DNA from: an uncultured Caulobacterales bacterium
GTDB lineage: Bacteria > Pseudomonadota > Alphaproteobacteria > Caulobacterales > CAYPOX01
Direction of reading: 5' to 3'
NCBI GenBank assembly: GCA_964412525.1
Contig: CAYPOX010000001.1
Coordinates: 11,356 to 75,355 of the forward strand
DNA: 64,000 nucleotides
Shown: one piece after another, positions 16,968 to 26,457 of the stretch
Layout of the letters: each line of letters opens with the position of its first letter
How positions within the stretch are numbered: position 1 is the stretch's first letter
Position numbers and translations under genes: made by a program
Notes under the pieces: model-generated
Seen by the model: the letters and a program-made list of their open reading frames with translations, nothing else
Told to the model about the DNA's origin: nothing
Databases searched by the model: none

Positions 16968-18049
16968 TGGCGGACGGACCCGAGGACTACGAAAAAACCG
17001 AAGAGCCGACGAGCCGAAAGCTCCAAAGGGCGCGGGAAGAAGGCAACCTGCCCCAATCCCAAGAAGTCGGCGTGGCCGCCATGGTCGTGATGATTCTCAT
17101 CATCCTCACCTTGTTCGCGCCGGCCGTCACGACGGAGGTCGTCGGCGCCTTGATGGTCTTGCAGACCAACGCCCATGACGTGCGAATCGGCGGCAATCAG
17201 TACGACGTCTTCGTCGGGCTGCGGGCGATCTTCTCTCAGGTCGTGGTGGTTGTCGGCGTGGTGTTCGTGCTTTTGATCGCGACGGCCATTTTCTCCGCTT
17301 TCGTCCAAGGCTCGGTAACGCTGTCGATCAAACGCATCCAACCGAAATTCTCCAAGCTGAACGTGATTGAGGGGTTCAAGCGGATCTACGGCGTCCAAGC
17401 TGTGGTCGAATTCGTGAAGGGCATCACGAAGATCGGCGTGATCAGCGTGATCGTGCTCATCATCGTCGCCAATCAATTGCAGAAGATCACGGCGGCGACG
17501 AGCTACGACATGGAGTCGATCCCGGAATTGATGCGGGATTTGGTCTTGCAACTTCTCTTAGCGAGCTTGTTCTTTCTCGTCATCGTGGCGTTTCTCGACG
17601 TGCTCTACGTCAATTGGAAGTGGCGTCGGGACCTGCGCATGACGCCGAAAGAAGTCAAAGACGAGTTTCGGCAAATGGAAGGCGATCCGCAGGTGAAGCG
17701 CCGGCTGGCTCAGCTTCGGGTCGAGCGCACCCGTCAACGCATGATGGCCAAAGTGCCCGACGCGACCGTCGTGATCACCAATCCCACGCACTTCGCCGTG
17801 GCGCTGAAGTATGAGCGTGACGAAATGGACGCGCCGGTCTGCGTGGCCAAGGGAATGGACTATGTCGCGCAACGCATTCGCGAGATCGCGGAGGAAAACG
17901 ACGTGCCGCTTGTGGAGAACGCGCCGCTCGCGCGGACGCTCTATCGTGCGGTGGAGGTCGATGAGGAAATCCCGGAAGAACACTACAAGGCTGTCGCCGA
18001 GATCATCATGTTCATCTATCGGGGCAAGGAAAAAGCGGACGCGTTCTAG
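16967..18049 (+). CDS. flhB: Flagellar export apparatus protein FlhB
   Basis: It has EKTEEPTSRKLQRAREEGNLPQS and the autocleavage region VVITNPTHFAVALKY. The ATG at 16967 overlaps the fliR TGA. Confidence 0.95.
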   Translation: MADGPEDYEKTEEPTSRKLQRAREEGNLPQSQEVGVAAMVVMILIILTLFAPAVTTEVVGALMVLQTNAHDVRIGGNQYDVFVGLRAIFSQVVVVVGVVFVLLIATAIFSAFVQGSVTLSIKRIQPKFSKLNVIEGFKRIYGVQAVVEFVKGITKIGVISVIVLIIVANQLQKITAATSYDMESIPELMRDLVLQLLLASLFFLVIVAFLDVLYVNWKWRRDLRMTPKEVKDEFRQMEGDPQVKRRLAQLRVERTRQRMMAKVPDATVVITNPTHFAVALKYERDEMDAPVCVAKGMDYVAQRIREIAEENDVPLVENAPLARTLYRAVEVDEEIPEEHYKAVAEIIMFIYRGKEKADAF

Positions 18050-18230
18050 ATTGGCCTGGAGTTGATCGACATAGATGGGCCGTCCACGTCGTGGGCCCAC
18101 CTTCGAGAGGTGAGGCGCGACGCGCATTCGGGCGACCAATTCATCAAATTATGAGGCGGCCAAACACGGGCGTCGGCCTGGTCCGGGCGGAATGGCGCGG
18201 CGAAGGGTTTCGCCGCCAGGCTGAACCTTC

Positions 18231-18923
18231 TTAGTTCATGTTCACGGCTTCCGCGGCCACGCGGCGACGCTCGCTGATGAAGAGCAGAACTTCGCGGGCC
18301 GTATCCGTGTCCATTTTGTCGATGATCTGGGCGATCTCCCGTTCCTGCATGCGGTCCAGGATGGTCACGATCAACGAGGTTTCCTGTTCGGAGAGAAGCT
18401 CGGCGGCGCGGGCCGGTTTCAGGTCGCTGTAGATTTCGACCAAGCGACGCATGTCGGCGCGCTCCATCTGCTCCAAGCTGTCGATCAAGGCCTGGATCTG
18501 GGCGCGGACATCCGAAAGGCGCTGAACCTCCGCCTGGGCCCGCAGGCGCACCGCCTCCAGCAAGGCTTCGGCGTTTTCAACCTCGGCGGCGCGCCGATCA
18601 ATGGACGCCATCTCGCGGCGGATCAAAGCGAGCGCTTGGGTCGCCTCTTTGTAATCCGTTTCGTCAAAATCGGCGGGCAAGGGCAAGACGCTGGCATCCA
18701 AGCGCTCCGGTGCGGAGGGCTCGCCCGCTTCATCCGTCCCCGAATTCGCGAGATCGCGGGCCCAAGGACGCGAATGGGGCCCAAAACCCGAGGTGTCGCG
18801 ATTGCCGGGCTCTTCGAGGACCGGACTTTGCGCCTGGGCCCGACCCGTGTTGAAGAGGTCCACGGCCTTGAGGGCGGAGGCCGCCACCAATGAGGCGATC
18901 GTCAAAGGAATGATGCGCAGCAT
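18231..18923 (-). CDS. motE: MotE-like / MgtE_N-type flagellar motility protein
   Basis: It has an N-terminal signal or anchor, a coiled coil, and the C-terminal PARAAELLSEQETSLIVTILDRMQEREIAQIIDKMDTDTAREVL. It lies downstream of fliM. Confidence 0.55.
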   Translation of the reverse strand: MLRIIPLTIASLVAASALKAVDLFNTGRAQAQSPVLEEPGNRDTSGFGPHSRPWARDLANSGTDEAGEPSAPERLDASVLPLPADFDETDYKEATQALALIRREMASIDRRAAEVENAEALLEAVRLRAQAEVQRLSDVRAQIQALIDSLEQMERADMRRLVEIYSDLKPARAAELLSEQETSLIVTILDRMQEREIAQIIDKMDTDTAREVLLFISERRRVAAEAVNMN

Positions 18924-18932
18924 GGGCCGATC

Positions 18933-19727
18933 CTATCCGCTTTGTTTCGCTCGCATGTCGGCGAGAAGTTTCTTCAACGCTTGACCTTGCTCCATGGGCG
19001 CCGCGCGCGGCGTTGCGTCAGCGGCGACCAGGGGCGCGCTTGGATCCGCACGTCGCCATTCCGGCGGACGGACAGCGGCGAGATCGGTTTCAGCTTGGAC
19101 CGGAACGGCGTCCGGTTCGGACGCTGGGAGCGCCGCGGCGGCCATCGGTACGACCTCGCGCGGGGCCGGCGCGGGCTCGGGCGCGCGCAAAGGTTCAGGC
19201 GCGCGTGCGGGCTCCTGCATGCGCGCCGGCGCTACGGACTGCGTTCGCGCCTGGGGCGGTCGGGAGCGAGCCGGGGCGGCCGGCTGTGGACGAGGCGTCG
19301 GAGCTGGGGCCGGCGCGGGCTCCGCGGTGCGGACCATGTTGCGCGCGGCGGTTTCCGCATGGCCCTGGGCGACCGCCAAACGCTCGCGTCCGTCGCTGCG
19401 CAAGGCCTCCATGCGCTTGGAGATCCCTTCGCACGCCTTCAACGCAAAGACGAGATCTTGGTGATAACGCTCGGCGGCCTCAATGTCCGCTCTCAGGGCC
19501 GCGCCGGCGGAATGGGCCACCGCCTGCAGGTCGTCCAACGCCTGACGCGAACGGTCGACTTGCTTGGTGAAGTCGTCGAGGAGCCCCTTCATTTCGGCGG
19601 AGCCGCGCTTAAGCGTCTTCAAACGTCCGTTCAATCGCCACAGATAAAACATCGCGCAAACGAGCGCGACGAGGATGACGATGTCCGCGACGCTTCCCGC
19701 GCTGATGTTAGGCGGCCAGATCGTCAT
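18933..19727 (-). CDS. Hypothetical membrane-anchored coiled-coil protein with a Pro/Ala-rich tract, in the flagellar operon
   Basis: It has one N-terminal TM helix (IVILVALVCAMFYLW), a helical region, and then PAPAPAPTPRPQPAAPARSRPP...EPARAPEPLRAPEPAPAP. It overlaps the fliM end by 20 nt. Confidence 0.55.
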   Translation of the reverse strand: MTIWPPNISAGSVADIVILVALVCAMFYLWRLNGRLKTLKRGSAEMKGLLDDFTKQVDRSRQALDDLQAVAHSAGAALRADIEAAERYHQDLVFALKACEGISKRMEALRSDGRERLAVAQGHAETAARNMVRTAEPAPAPAPTPRPQPAAPARSRPPQARTQSVAPARMQEPARAPEPLRAPEPAPAPREVVPMAAAALPASEPDAVPVQAETDLAAVRPPEWRRADPSAPLVAADATPRAAPMEQGQALKKLLADMRAKQSG

Positions 19728-20784
19728 CTTCGATGCTCATCGCCTCTTCGTCGGTCTCCATCTCTTCGAATGCGGTGTCCGTCACCCGGATCGCGATATT
19801 GCCGCGGCGCTGACCGATCTTGCCGTTGAACAAGGTGGTTTCGCCGGCGACCAATTTGGTGATGCTGTCCGGCGTGCAATCGAGTTGGATGAAGGTGCCC
19901 ACGCGCCAGTCCAAGGCCTCCGCCAGCGGAAGCTGGGTTTCGTGAAGGACCGCGTGCAAATCGATGTCGGTCCGCCGCAACTCGGTCGCGAAGTGGCTTT
20001 CCCAAATCGAGTCGCGGCCGAAGCGCTCGCCCATATACATCTGAACCAACAGGTTCCGCACCGGCTCCAGGGTCGAGTAGGGGATCAGCAATTCGATCGC
20101 GCCTTCGCGTCCCTCGACGTCGATATACATCTTGGTGCGCAAGCAAGCATTGGTTTCGCGGCTGATCGCCGCCAGGGCCGGATTGGTCTCAAGCCGTTCG
20201 ACCTCGAAGCGAACCTCGGTGAGCGGATTGAACGCTTCGCCGATATAGCGCGCCACGATCCCCATGACGCGCTCGGTCAGCCGCTGCTCAATGGAGGTGA
20301 ACGGACGTCCTTCGATCGGCGTCGCCGGGCTTTGTCGACCGCCCAACAAGATGTCGACGATCGCATAAATCAACTTCGAATCGATGACGGCGATCGCATT
20401 GGAGTCCCACTCGACCGCCCGCATGACCGCGATCAAGGACGGCAATGGAATGTTCGACATGAAATCGCCGAAGCGCACGGATGTGGCGTCGCGAATGCCG
20501 ACCTCCACATTGGCGGACATGAATTGGCGCAAATTTTCCGTCAGCAGACGCACCAGCCGGTCGAACACGACGTCGAGCATCGGCAGACGCTCGTAATTGA
20601 CGATCGTGGAGTTCGCGATCCGCTCCATGACGTTCTGTTGCCGGGTGCGATCGGCGTCCTCGCCGTTCATCAACCGGTCAATGTCGTCTTGGCTGAGCGT
20701 CGCTTTCGACGTGTCCACGCCAGCGGCGAGCGCGAGCGCTTCACCCCATTCGGAATCGCCGCTTGCGTCGTCCGTATCCGCCAT
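19708..20784 (-). CDS. fliM: Flagellar motor switch protein FliM
   Basis: It has LSQDDIDRLM, YERLPMLDVVFDRLVRLLTENLRQF and the C-terminal SpoA-like region. Confidence 0.92.
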   Translation of the reverse strand: MADTDDASGDSEWGEALALAAGVDTSKATLSQDDIDRLMNGEDADRTRQQNVMERIANSTIVNYERLPMLDVVFDRLVRLLTENLRQFMSANVEVGIRDATSVRFGDFMSNIPLPSLIAVMRAVEWDSNAIAVIDSKLIYAIVDILLGGRQSPATPIEGRPFTSIEQRLTERVMGIVARYIGEAFNPLTEVRFEVERLETNPALAAISRETNACLRTKMYIDVEGREGAIELLIPYSTLEPVRNLLVQMYMGERFGRDSIWESHFATELRRTDIDLHAVLHETQLPLAEALDWRVGTFIQLDCTPDSITKLVAGETTLFNGKIGQRRGNIAIRVTDTAFEEMETDEEAMSIEDDDLAA

Positions 20785-20817
20785 ATCTAAGCTCCGATCT
20801 CGCTGACCGCTCTTCGC

Positions 20818-21336
20818 TTACTGAATAAGCAATTCCGTGAAGAGTACATCTTGCACGTCTTCGCCGCCTTCCAAAAGGCGGATCCGACGCATCACTTCCG
20901 CGCGCACCCGAAAAATGCCCGCCGACCCCTCAAGGTCGTTCTCGTCGATCGTCATAAAGAAGTCGTTGATCTTGTCGACGATCGCCACTTCGATTCGTTG
21001 AATGTCCTCGACCGCATCGCTGGGGACCTGCACGGAAATTTGGGCGCGTGCGATCCGCGCGCCCGCTTCCCGGCGCAGAGGAACCGTGATCGCCGGAATG
21101 TCGACAAACACGGGTTGCAGGGATTGCGCACGCTGGTCCGGCCCGCTCGTCACGTTCGTCACGAGACGGACGGCCTCTTGCGGGCCGCCAAGCGACGCGG
21201 ACAACCCCACGAAAATCGCGATCATCAGGCCAAGAACGATGATGACGATGCGCGCCACCGTGTTCCGAAGAAGCTCGCCAAGAAGCGTACCGACGCCGCC
21301 CAGCAAGTTGCCCAGCATTCCGAAAAAGCCGCCCAC
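20818..21336 (-). CDS. fliL: Flagellar basal-body-associated protein FliL
   Basis: It has a single TM helix, then FVDIPAITVPL...AQISVQV...FRVRAEVMRRI...VQDVLFTELLIQ. GGGAGGGAG lies 6 nt before the GTG. Confidence 0.88.
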   Translation of the reverse strand: MGGFFGMLGNLLGGVGTLLGELLRNTVARIVIIVLGLMIAIFVGLSASLGGPQEAVRLVTNVTSGPDQRAQSLQPVFVDIPAITVPLRREAGARIARAQISVQVPSDAVEDIQRIEVAIVDKINDFFMTIDENDLEGSAGIFRVRAEVMRRIRLLEGGEDVQDVLFTELLIQ

Positions 21337-21410
21337 GCGTTTCTCCCTCCCGTCGCAAGCGACATGTCGCTCGCTTTGTCTCGCCGTCGCGGCTCAAGGT
21401 CCGCGCCGTT

Positions 21411-21498
21411 GACCGAGGTTTAAAATTTAACGTCTAAAGTTCCAACCGTCGACCGAGGCGTCGTCTAACGCGCACGCCTCTTCGCAAACGTTAAAATT
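21411..21498. promoter_or_regulatory. Repeat set in the fliL/fliF divergent region: GACCGAGG x2 and TTAAAATT x2
   Basis: GACCGAGG is at 21411-21418 and 21451-21458. TTAAAATT is at 21420-21427 and 21491-21498. A TTAAC half-site is at 21427-21431. Confidence 0.4.
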
Positions 21499-21550
21499 GA
21501 TCATAGGGTCGCGCCGCAGCGAGCACCAGCGCCGCGGATAGTGGGGGCAC

Positions 21551-23275
21551 GTGAACGAGATTCTTGAACGTCTCAGATCATTGGATCGGACGCGTTTGAT
21601 CGCGTTGGGCGGAATTTTTTTGGTCGTCCTCGCAGCGCTGATCTTATCGGCTTTCTATTTCACGCGCCCGAGCTACGAGGTGCTTTACGCCCAACTTGAG
21701 CCGGCGGAAGGCAGCCGGGTCGTCAACGCATTGGAGGAGATGGGCGTTTCGTCGCGCATTTCCGACGGCGGCGGAACCGTGCTCGTGCCCGCGGGCCGCG
21801 TCGCGCAGACGCGGATGGCGCTCGCCGCCCAGGGGCTGCCGAGTTCGGGAGGCCCCGGCTACAGCTTGTTCGACGACCAGGGCTCGCTGGGCATGACCAG
21901 CTTCATGCAGCAAATCAATCGCCTCCGGGCTCTCCAGGGCGAATTGGCGTCGACGATCGAGACTTTGGAAGGCGTTCGCGCCGCGCGCGTCATGTTGGTG
22001 CTTCCGGAGCGCGAAGCGTTCGCGCGGGAGGTCGCTCAGCCTTCCGGTTCCGTGGTCTTGCGCTTGGATGAGGGCGCAACCCTTGATCGTCAGCAAGCGC
22101 GCGCCATCCAGCATTTGGTGGCGTCATCAGTCGCCGAGTTGGAGCCGCGGCGCGTCACCGTCATGGATTCCACATTGCAGGCTTTGTTCACTGAGGAAAC
22201 CGGGGACAGCGCGCTTGCGGCCGCCGCAGGCGAGATGCGCAGCCAGGTGGAAGCGGACATCGTCCGGAAAATCGAGAGTCTTCTCTTCCCGCGTTTGGGT
22301 CGCCAAAACGTGCGCGTGCGGGTCACCGCGGAGTTGGATTTGGATCGCGAAGTCATCCGCGAGCAGCTCTTTGATCCGGACGAGCAAGTCGTGCGCTCGA
22401 GCCAAACCATTGAAGAGCGCGAATCGTCGACGGAACCGGCGGGCGGCGATGCGGTCACTGTTCAACAGAACCTTCCCGAAGAAGAGGTGGACGCGGCCGA
22501 GCAAGGTTTGGCCCTGTCGAACCTCACCCGTTCGGAAGAGGTCGTGAACTATGAAATCTCAAACGTCGCGCGGGAGACCACCCGCGAGCCTGGATCGATC
22601 GAACGCCTCACGGTCGCGGTCCTGGTCAACGGCACCTATGCGACGGACGAGGAAGGCAACCGGACCTATGTGCCGCGTCCGGACGACGAAATGAACCAAA
22701 TCTCCCAGTTGGTGCGCGCCGCCGCCGGCGTCGACGCGCGTCCCGTGGACGACGGCGGTCGCGGCGACGTCGTCACCGTCGCCAATCTGGAGTTCGTGGA
22801 ACAGGATCTCGACATCGCGCCCGTCGGTCCGACCGGCGTGACAAAGGTGTTGTCCGACAATTTGATGACGATCATCCAGTGGCTCGTGCTGCTCGCGATC
22901 GTCGCTTTGCTGGTCATTTTTGGTCTCCGCCCGGTTTTGGATCGGCTCTTGCCGCCGCCGCCGAGCATCGACGAGGCCGATGACGAGGAGCGCGCCGCCC
23001 TGGCCGCGTTGACCCAGCCGGCCTTGCAAGGTCCGGGCATTGAAGGCGGCATCCCTGGGGTGGCGCCGGCGCTCGGCGAAGGCATGCCGGGCATGGGCCC
23101 GCAAATCGTGCCTCGGGCCCCGATCGACGAGACGCTCGACCAGATGATCGAACTTCGCGCGGTGGAGGGCAAAGTGCGCGCCTCCTCGCTCCTGAAGCTC
23201 AGCCGGATCGTGGACGACAATCCGGACGAAGTGGTCGCGATTCTGCGCAGCTGGATTTATGAGGACGCCGCGTAA
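21551..23275 (+). CDS. fliF: Flagellar MS-ring protein FliF
   Basis: At 574 aa it has an N-terminal TM helix, the YscJ/FliF domain (LYAQLEPAEGSRVVNALEEMGV...) and a second TM helix near the C-terminus. Confidence 0.95.
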   Translation: MNEILERLRSLDRTRLIALGGIFLVVLAALILSAFYFTRPSYEVLYAQLEPAEGSRVVNALEEMGVSSRISDGGGTVLVPAGRVAQTRMALAAQGLPSSGGPGYSLFDDQGSLGMTSFMQQINRLRALQGELASTIETLEGVRAARVMLVLPEREAFAREVAQPSGSVVLRLDEGATLDRQQARAIQHLVASSVAELEPRRVTVMDSTLQALFTEETGDSALAAAAGEMRSQVEADIVRKIESLLFPRLGRQNVRVRVTAELDLDREVIREQLFDPDEQVVRSSQTIEERESSTEPAGGDAVTVQQNLPEEEVDAAEQGLALSNLTRSEEVVNYEISNVARETTREPGSIERLTVAVLVNGTYATDEEGNRTYVPRPDDEMNQISQLVRAAAGVDARPVDDGGRGDVVTVANLEFVEQDLDIAPVGPTGVTKVLSDNLMTIIQWLVLLAIVALLVIFGLRPVLDRLLPPPPSIDEADDEERAALAALTQPALQGPGIEGGIPGVAPALGEGMPGMGPQIVPRAPIDETLDQMIELRAVEGKVRASSLLKLSRIVDDNPDEVVAILRSWIYEDAA

Positions 23276-24108
23276 TGCACGTCCGCGCTTACGCCTTTGA
23301 CCGTCGTTTCGACGACGACGATACGACCCGAAAGGCGCCGCAGCGCGGGCGTTATGAGGCGTTCTCGGACGTGTTCGACGAGGAGGCGCCTCTGCCGGCC
23401 ATGGAGCCGGCGCCGCTGCGCGGGGACGTCGAACCGGCGCCCGCCGCGGTTGAGCCGCCCCCTGTCCCGGAAGATGATCCTGACGCCGAGGATTTGGGCT
23501 CGTTTTTCGACGATCTTCCGCCGAAATCCGAAACGGCGGTCGACGTAGAGGCGGTTCGCTCGGAGGGGTTTGAGGCCGGTCGGGACGCAGGTTACGCCCA
23601 AGGCTTCGCAGACGGCCGCCGCGAAGTGGCCGAGGGCCAAGAGGCGCGCGCCGTCGAAGCGATCGCCGCCATTGCGGAAGGGCTTCCGAGCGCCCAGTCC
23701 CAGTTGGACGCCTTGTTGGAGCGGGCGGAACGGCGCGCCACGCGTTTGGCGCTGGCGGTGATCCGTCGCGTCGCGCCCGCTTTGGATGAAGCGTTGGCGC
23801 AAGACCACGCCGCCGCCATTGTGAAAGAGGCGGTGCATGCGGGGCGTGCGGCTCCGGAACTGACGGTGCGCTTATCTCCGGAATTGGCTGCGGCACTGGA
23901 GCCGCGAATCGAATCCATACGCGACGCGGCGGCCGGCAAGACGGTTTTGCACGTCGAAGTGGAAGAGTCTGCGGGTCCTGGCGCCGTCAAGGTGTTGTGG
24001 GAGACCGGCGGTGTGGAGTACGACGTGTCCTCGGCGTCGAAAGCGATCGAAGACTTGATCGCGCACGCGGAGGAAGCGACCGCGCGTGCGGCCTGGGAAA
24101 CGCCCTAG
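23275..24108 (+). CDS. fliH: FliH-like flagellar assembly protein
   Basis: It has EAVRSEGFEAGRDAGYAQGFADGRREV, the FliH/YscL-type motif, and sits between fliF and fliN. Its ATG overlaps the fliF TAA. Confidence 0.65.
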   Translation: MHVRAYAFDRRFDDDDTTRKAPQRGRYEAFSDVFDEEAPLPAMEPAPLRGDVEPAPAAVEPPPVPEDDPDAEDLGSFFDDLPPKSETAVDVEAVRSEGFEAGRDAGYAQGFADGRREVAEGQEARAVEAIAAIAEGLPSAQSQLDALLERAERRATRLALAVIRRVAPALDEALAQDHAAAIVKEAVHAGRAAPELTVRLSPELAAALEPRIESIRDAAAGKTVLHVEVEESAGPGAVKVLWETGGVEYDVSSASKAIEDLIAHAEEATARAAWETP

Positions 24109-24152
24109 GTCGTCGTCGCGAAGGGGATTGGTAAGGGGCTAGGAGCTGTCAG

Positions 24153-24506
24153 ATGAGCGACATGCGCGACGTTCCGCTTGAGGAACTGACGCCGGATCAA
24201 GCGGCGGACTACGGCGGTGCGGATCGGGGGCAAGCCGACGACGAAACGGTGATGGCGGATCGCATGGCCGCCCTCTACAACGTTCCCGTCGACATTCAGG
24301 TCGTGCTGGGGACGGCGTCTTTGCCGGTCAATCAGCTTTTGAAGTTGGGGCGGGGCGCCGTCGTCGAGATCGACCGCAAGGTCGGCGAGGCGGTCGACAT
24401 CCATATCAACAATCATTTGGTCGCGCGGGGCGAGGTCGTGATCGTCGAGGACAATCGGCTCGGCGTGACGCTCACGGAAATCGTGCGCGCCTTGCCGCCG
24501 ACCTGA
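24153..24506 (+). CDS. fliN: Flagellar motor switch protein FliN
   Basis: It carries the SpoA domain VPVDIQVVLGTASLPVNQLLKLGRGAVVEIDRKVGEAVDIHINNHLVARGEVV. Confidence 0.93.
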   Translation: MSDMRDVPLEELTPDQAADYGGADRGQADDETVMADRMAALYNVPVDIQVVLGTASLPVNQLLKLGRGAVVEIDRKVGEAVDIHINNHLVARGEVVIVEDNRLGVTLTEIVRALPPT

Positions 24507-24537
24507 GGGCTCGCGTCGCGGAGAAGGCCGCTTGACC

Positions 24538-25368
24538 ATGATCCGCCGCGCCATTCCAATTTGCGCCGCCCTTGTCGCCGCTGCGTTTTGGCTGCTGCCT
24601 GACGTCGCTTTTGCGCAATCCCTCTCGCTCGATTTGGGCGACGAGGCGACAGGGACGTTCTCGGCGCGTTTGATCCAGATCCTGGCGTTGATGACCGTCA
24701 TCAGCGTCGCGCCAGGGATCTTGTTGATGGGCACGTCCTTTCTTCGGATCGTGGTCGTGCTGTCCATGCTGCGCGTGGCGCTCGGTCTTCAGCAAACCCC
24801 GCCCAATATGGTCATTATCGGAATGTCGCTGTTCTTGACGGCATATGTGATGGGGCCGACCTTCGAGCGCGCGTGGGTCGAGGGCGTCTCGCCTTTGATC
24901 AACGAAACGGTGACGGAGGAACAGGCCGCGGCCCGCACGATCCGTCCGTTTAAAGACTTCATGTTAAGCCAGGTGCGTGAACAAGATTTGCGCCTCTTCC
25001 AAAATCTGTCGGACGAGCCGTCTCCGAATGCGGTCACGCCAGCGGCGCCCGTGCCCGGGATCGGCCCGCCCACGGCGACCGCGCTCTTGGGAGACGAAGC
25101 GGATGCGGATCGGATCGATCCTCCGCTTCAAGTCCTGGTGCCCGCCTTCATCATCTCGGAGCTTCGGCGCGCCTTCGAGATCGGTTTTTTGTTGTTTCTT
25201 CCGTTTCTCATCATCGATATGACCATCGCCTCCTTGCTGATGTCGATGGGCATGATGATGCTGCCGCCCGTCATCATTTCACTCCCGTTTAAGGTCATCT
25301 TTTTCGTTTTGATCGAAGGATGGTATCTGGTGTCGGGAAGTCTCGTGCGTTCGTTCGGTACCGTTTGA
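24538..25368 (+). CDS. fliP: Flagellar export apparatus protein FliP
   Basis: It has a signal peptide, then LMTVISVAPGILLMGTSFLRIVVVLSMLRVALGLQQTPPN and FLLFLPFLIIDM. A Pro-rich insert of about 30 aa is present. Confidence 0.93.
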   Translation: MIRRAIPICAALVAAAFWLLPDVAFAQSLSLDLGDEATGTFSARLIQILALMTVISVAPGILLMGTSFLRIVVVLSMLRVALGLQQTPPNMVIIGMSLFLTAYVMGPTFERAWVEGVSPLINETVTEEQAAARTIRPFKDFMLSQVREQDLRLFQNLSDEPSPNAVTPAAPVPGIGPPTATALLGDEADADRIDPPLQVLVPAFIISELRRAFEIGFLLFLPFLIIDMTIASLLMSMGMMMLPPVIISLPFKVIFFVLIEGWYLVSGSLVRSFGTV

Positions 25369-25395
25369 TCCGACTGTTGGGGAGCTCGAAGCGTT

Positions 25396-26427
25396 ATGGT
25401 CGCCTCGGTCAAAATTCGTGACAACTACAACGCCCTGTCCGGGCCGGAAAAAGCCGCCGTCATGATCCTGGCGCTCGGCGAACGGCGGGGTTCGGAAATC
25501 ATGAAGCGTCTCGACGACGATGAGATCCGCGTCGTGTCCCGCGCGATGGCGTCCCTCGGCAACATCACGTCGAGCCTCTTGGAGGATTTGATCAAGGCCT
25601 TCACCGAGCGCTTCGCCAAAGGCGGCTCTTTGGTGGGCTCCTACGAATCGACCGAGCGGGTCCTGCGTCAGTTCCTGCCCGGCGACAAGGTCAATGAACT
25701 GATCTCCTATGCGCGCGGCCCGGCCGGACGCACGACCTGGGAGAAAATGTCGTCGGTCAATGAGCAATTGCTGGCCAAATATCTGCAGCAGGAATATCCG
25801 CAGACGATCGCCGTGGTGCTTTCGAAGATCCGTCCGGAGCATGCGGCCAAGGTGTTGCCGCTGCTACCGGAGCACCTGGTGCAGGATGTTTTGCGGCGCA
25901 TGATCCGTATTGAGAGCGTCCAGCAAGACGTGCTCCAAGACGTGGAGGAAATGCTCCACAAGGAACTCATGATGAATTACGCGCGGACCTATGGCGCGGA
26001 CACCCATGAGCAGCTCGCGGAGATCTTCAACCGGACGGATCCGGAAATGCTCGATTGGATTTTCAAGGATCTGGAGCAGGACAATCCGGAGGCGGTTCAG
26101 CGCATCAAATCGCTGATGTTCACCTTCGACGATTTGGTCGATCTGGATCCGGTCTCGCTTCAAACCGTCATCCGCGCATGCGACACGGATCTGCTGGTCT
26201 ACGCCCTCAAAGGCGCGAACGAAGAGGCGCGCCAGGTGTTCATTTCGAACATGTCCGAGCGGGCGGGCGCGATTTTGCGCGATTCGATCGAGTCCATGGG
26301 GCCGGTGCTGATTCGCGACGTGGAAGCGGCGAAGAACGCCGTGGTCAAAAAGGCGAAGGATCTGGCGGAAGCCGGCTCGATCATCATCCAGCGCGGCGAA
26401 GACGGCGACGTGGGCGTCTTGTACTAG
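25396..26427 (+). CDS. fliG: Flagellar motor switch protein FliG
   Basis: It has LSGPEKAAVMILALGE, EYPQTIAVVLSKI and MFTFDDLVDLD. Confidence 0.95.
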   Translation: MVASVKIRDNYNALSGPEKAAVMILALGERRGSEIMKRLDDDEIRVVSRAMASLGNITSSLLEDLIKAFTERFAKGGSLVGSYESTERVLRQFLPGDKVNELISYARGPAGRTTWEKMSSVNEQLLAKYLQQEYPQTIAVVLSKIRPEHAAKVLPLLPEHLVQDVLRRMIRIESVQQDVLQDVEEMLHKELMMNYARTYGADTHEQLAEIFNRTDPEMLDWIFKDLEQDNPEAVQRIKSLMFTFDDLVDLDPVSLQTVIRACDTDLLVYALKGANEEARQVFISNMSERAGAILRDSIESMGPVLIRDVEAAKNAVVKKAKDLAEAGSIIIQRGEDGDVGVLY

Positions 26428-26457
26428 CGCAGGAGCGTTCTCGAGATCGTCGCGGCC

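Noticed and set aside
18197-18216. A hairpin, GCGGCGAA / TTCGCCGC, between the convergent flhB and motE-like genes as a bidirectional terminator
   Set aside because: It has only an 8-bp stem and no U-tract on either strand, so it is not convincing as an intrinsic terminator.
21419-21439. A possible CtrA box (TTAA-N7-TTAAC) in TTTAAAATTTAACGTCTAAAG, and the near-miss TTAAACCAT at 11843-11851
   Set aside because: Only half-sites are present. No pair of TTAA elements has N7 spacing, and the 8-mer differs from TTAACCAT by an inserted A. I report it only as AT-rich repeats.
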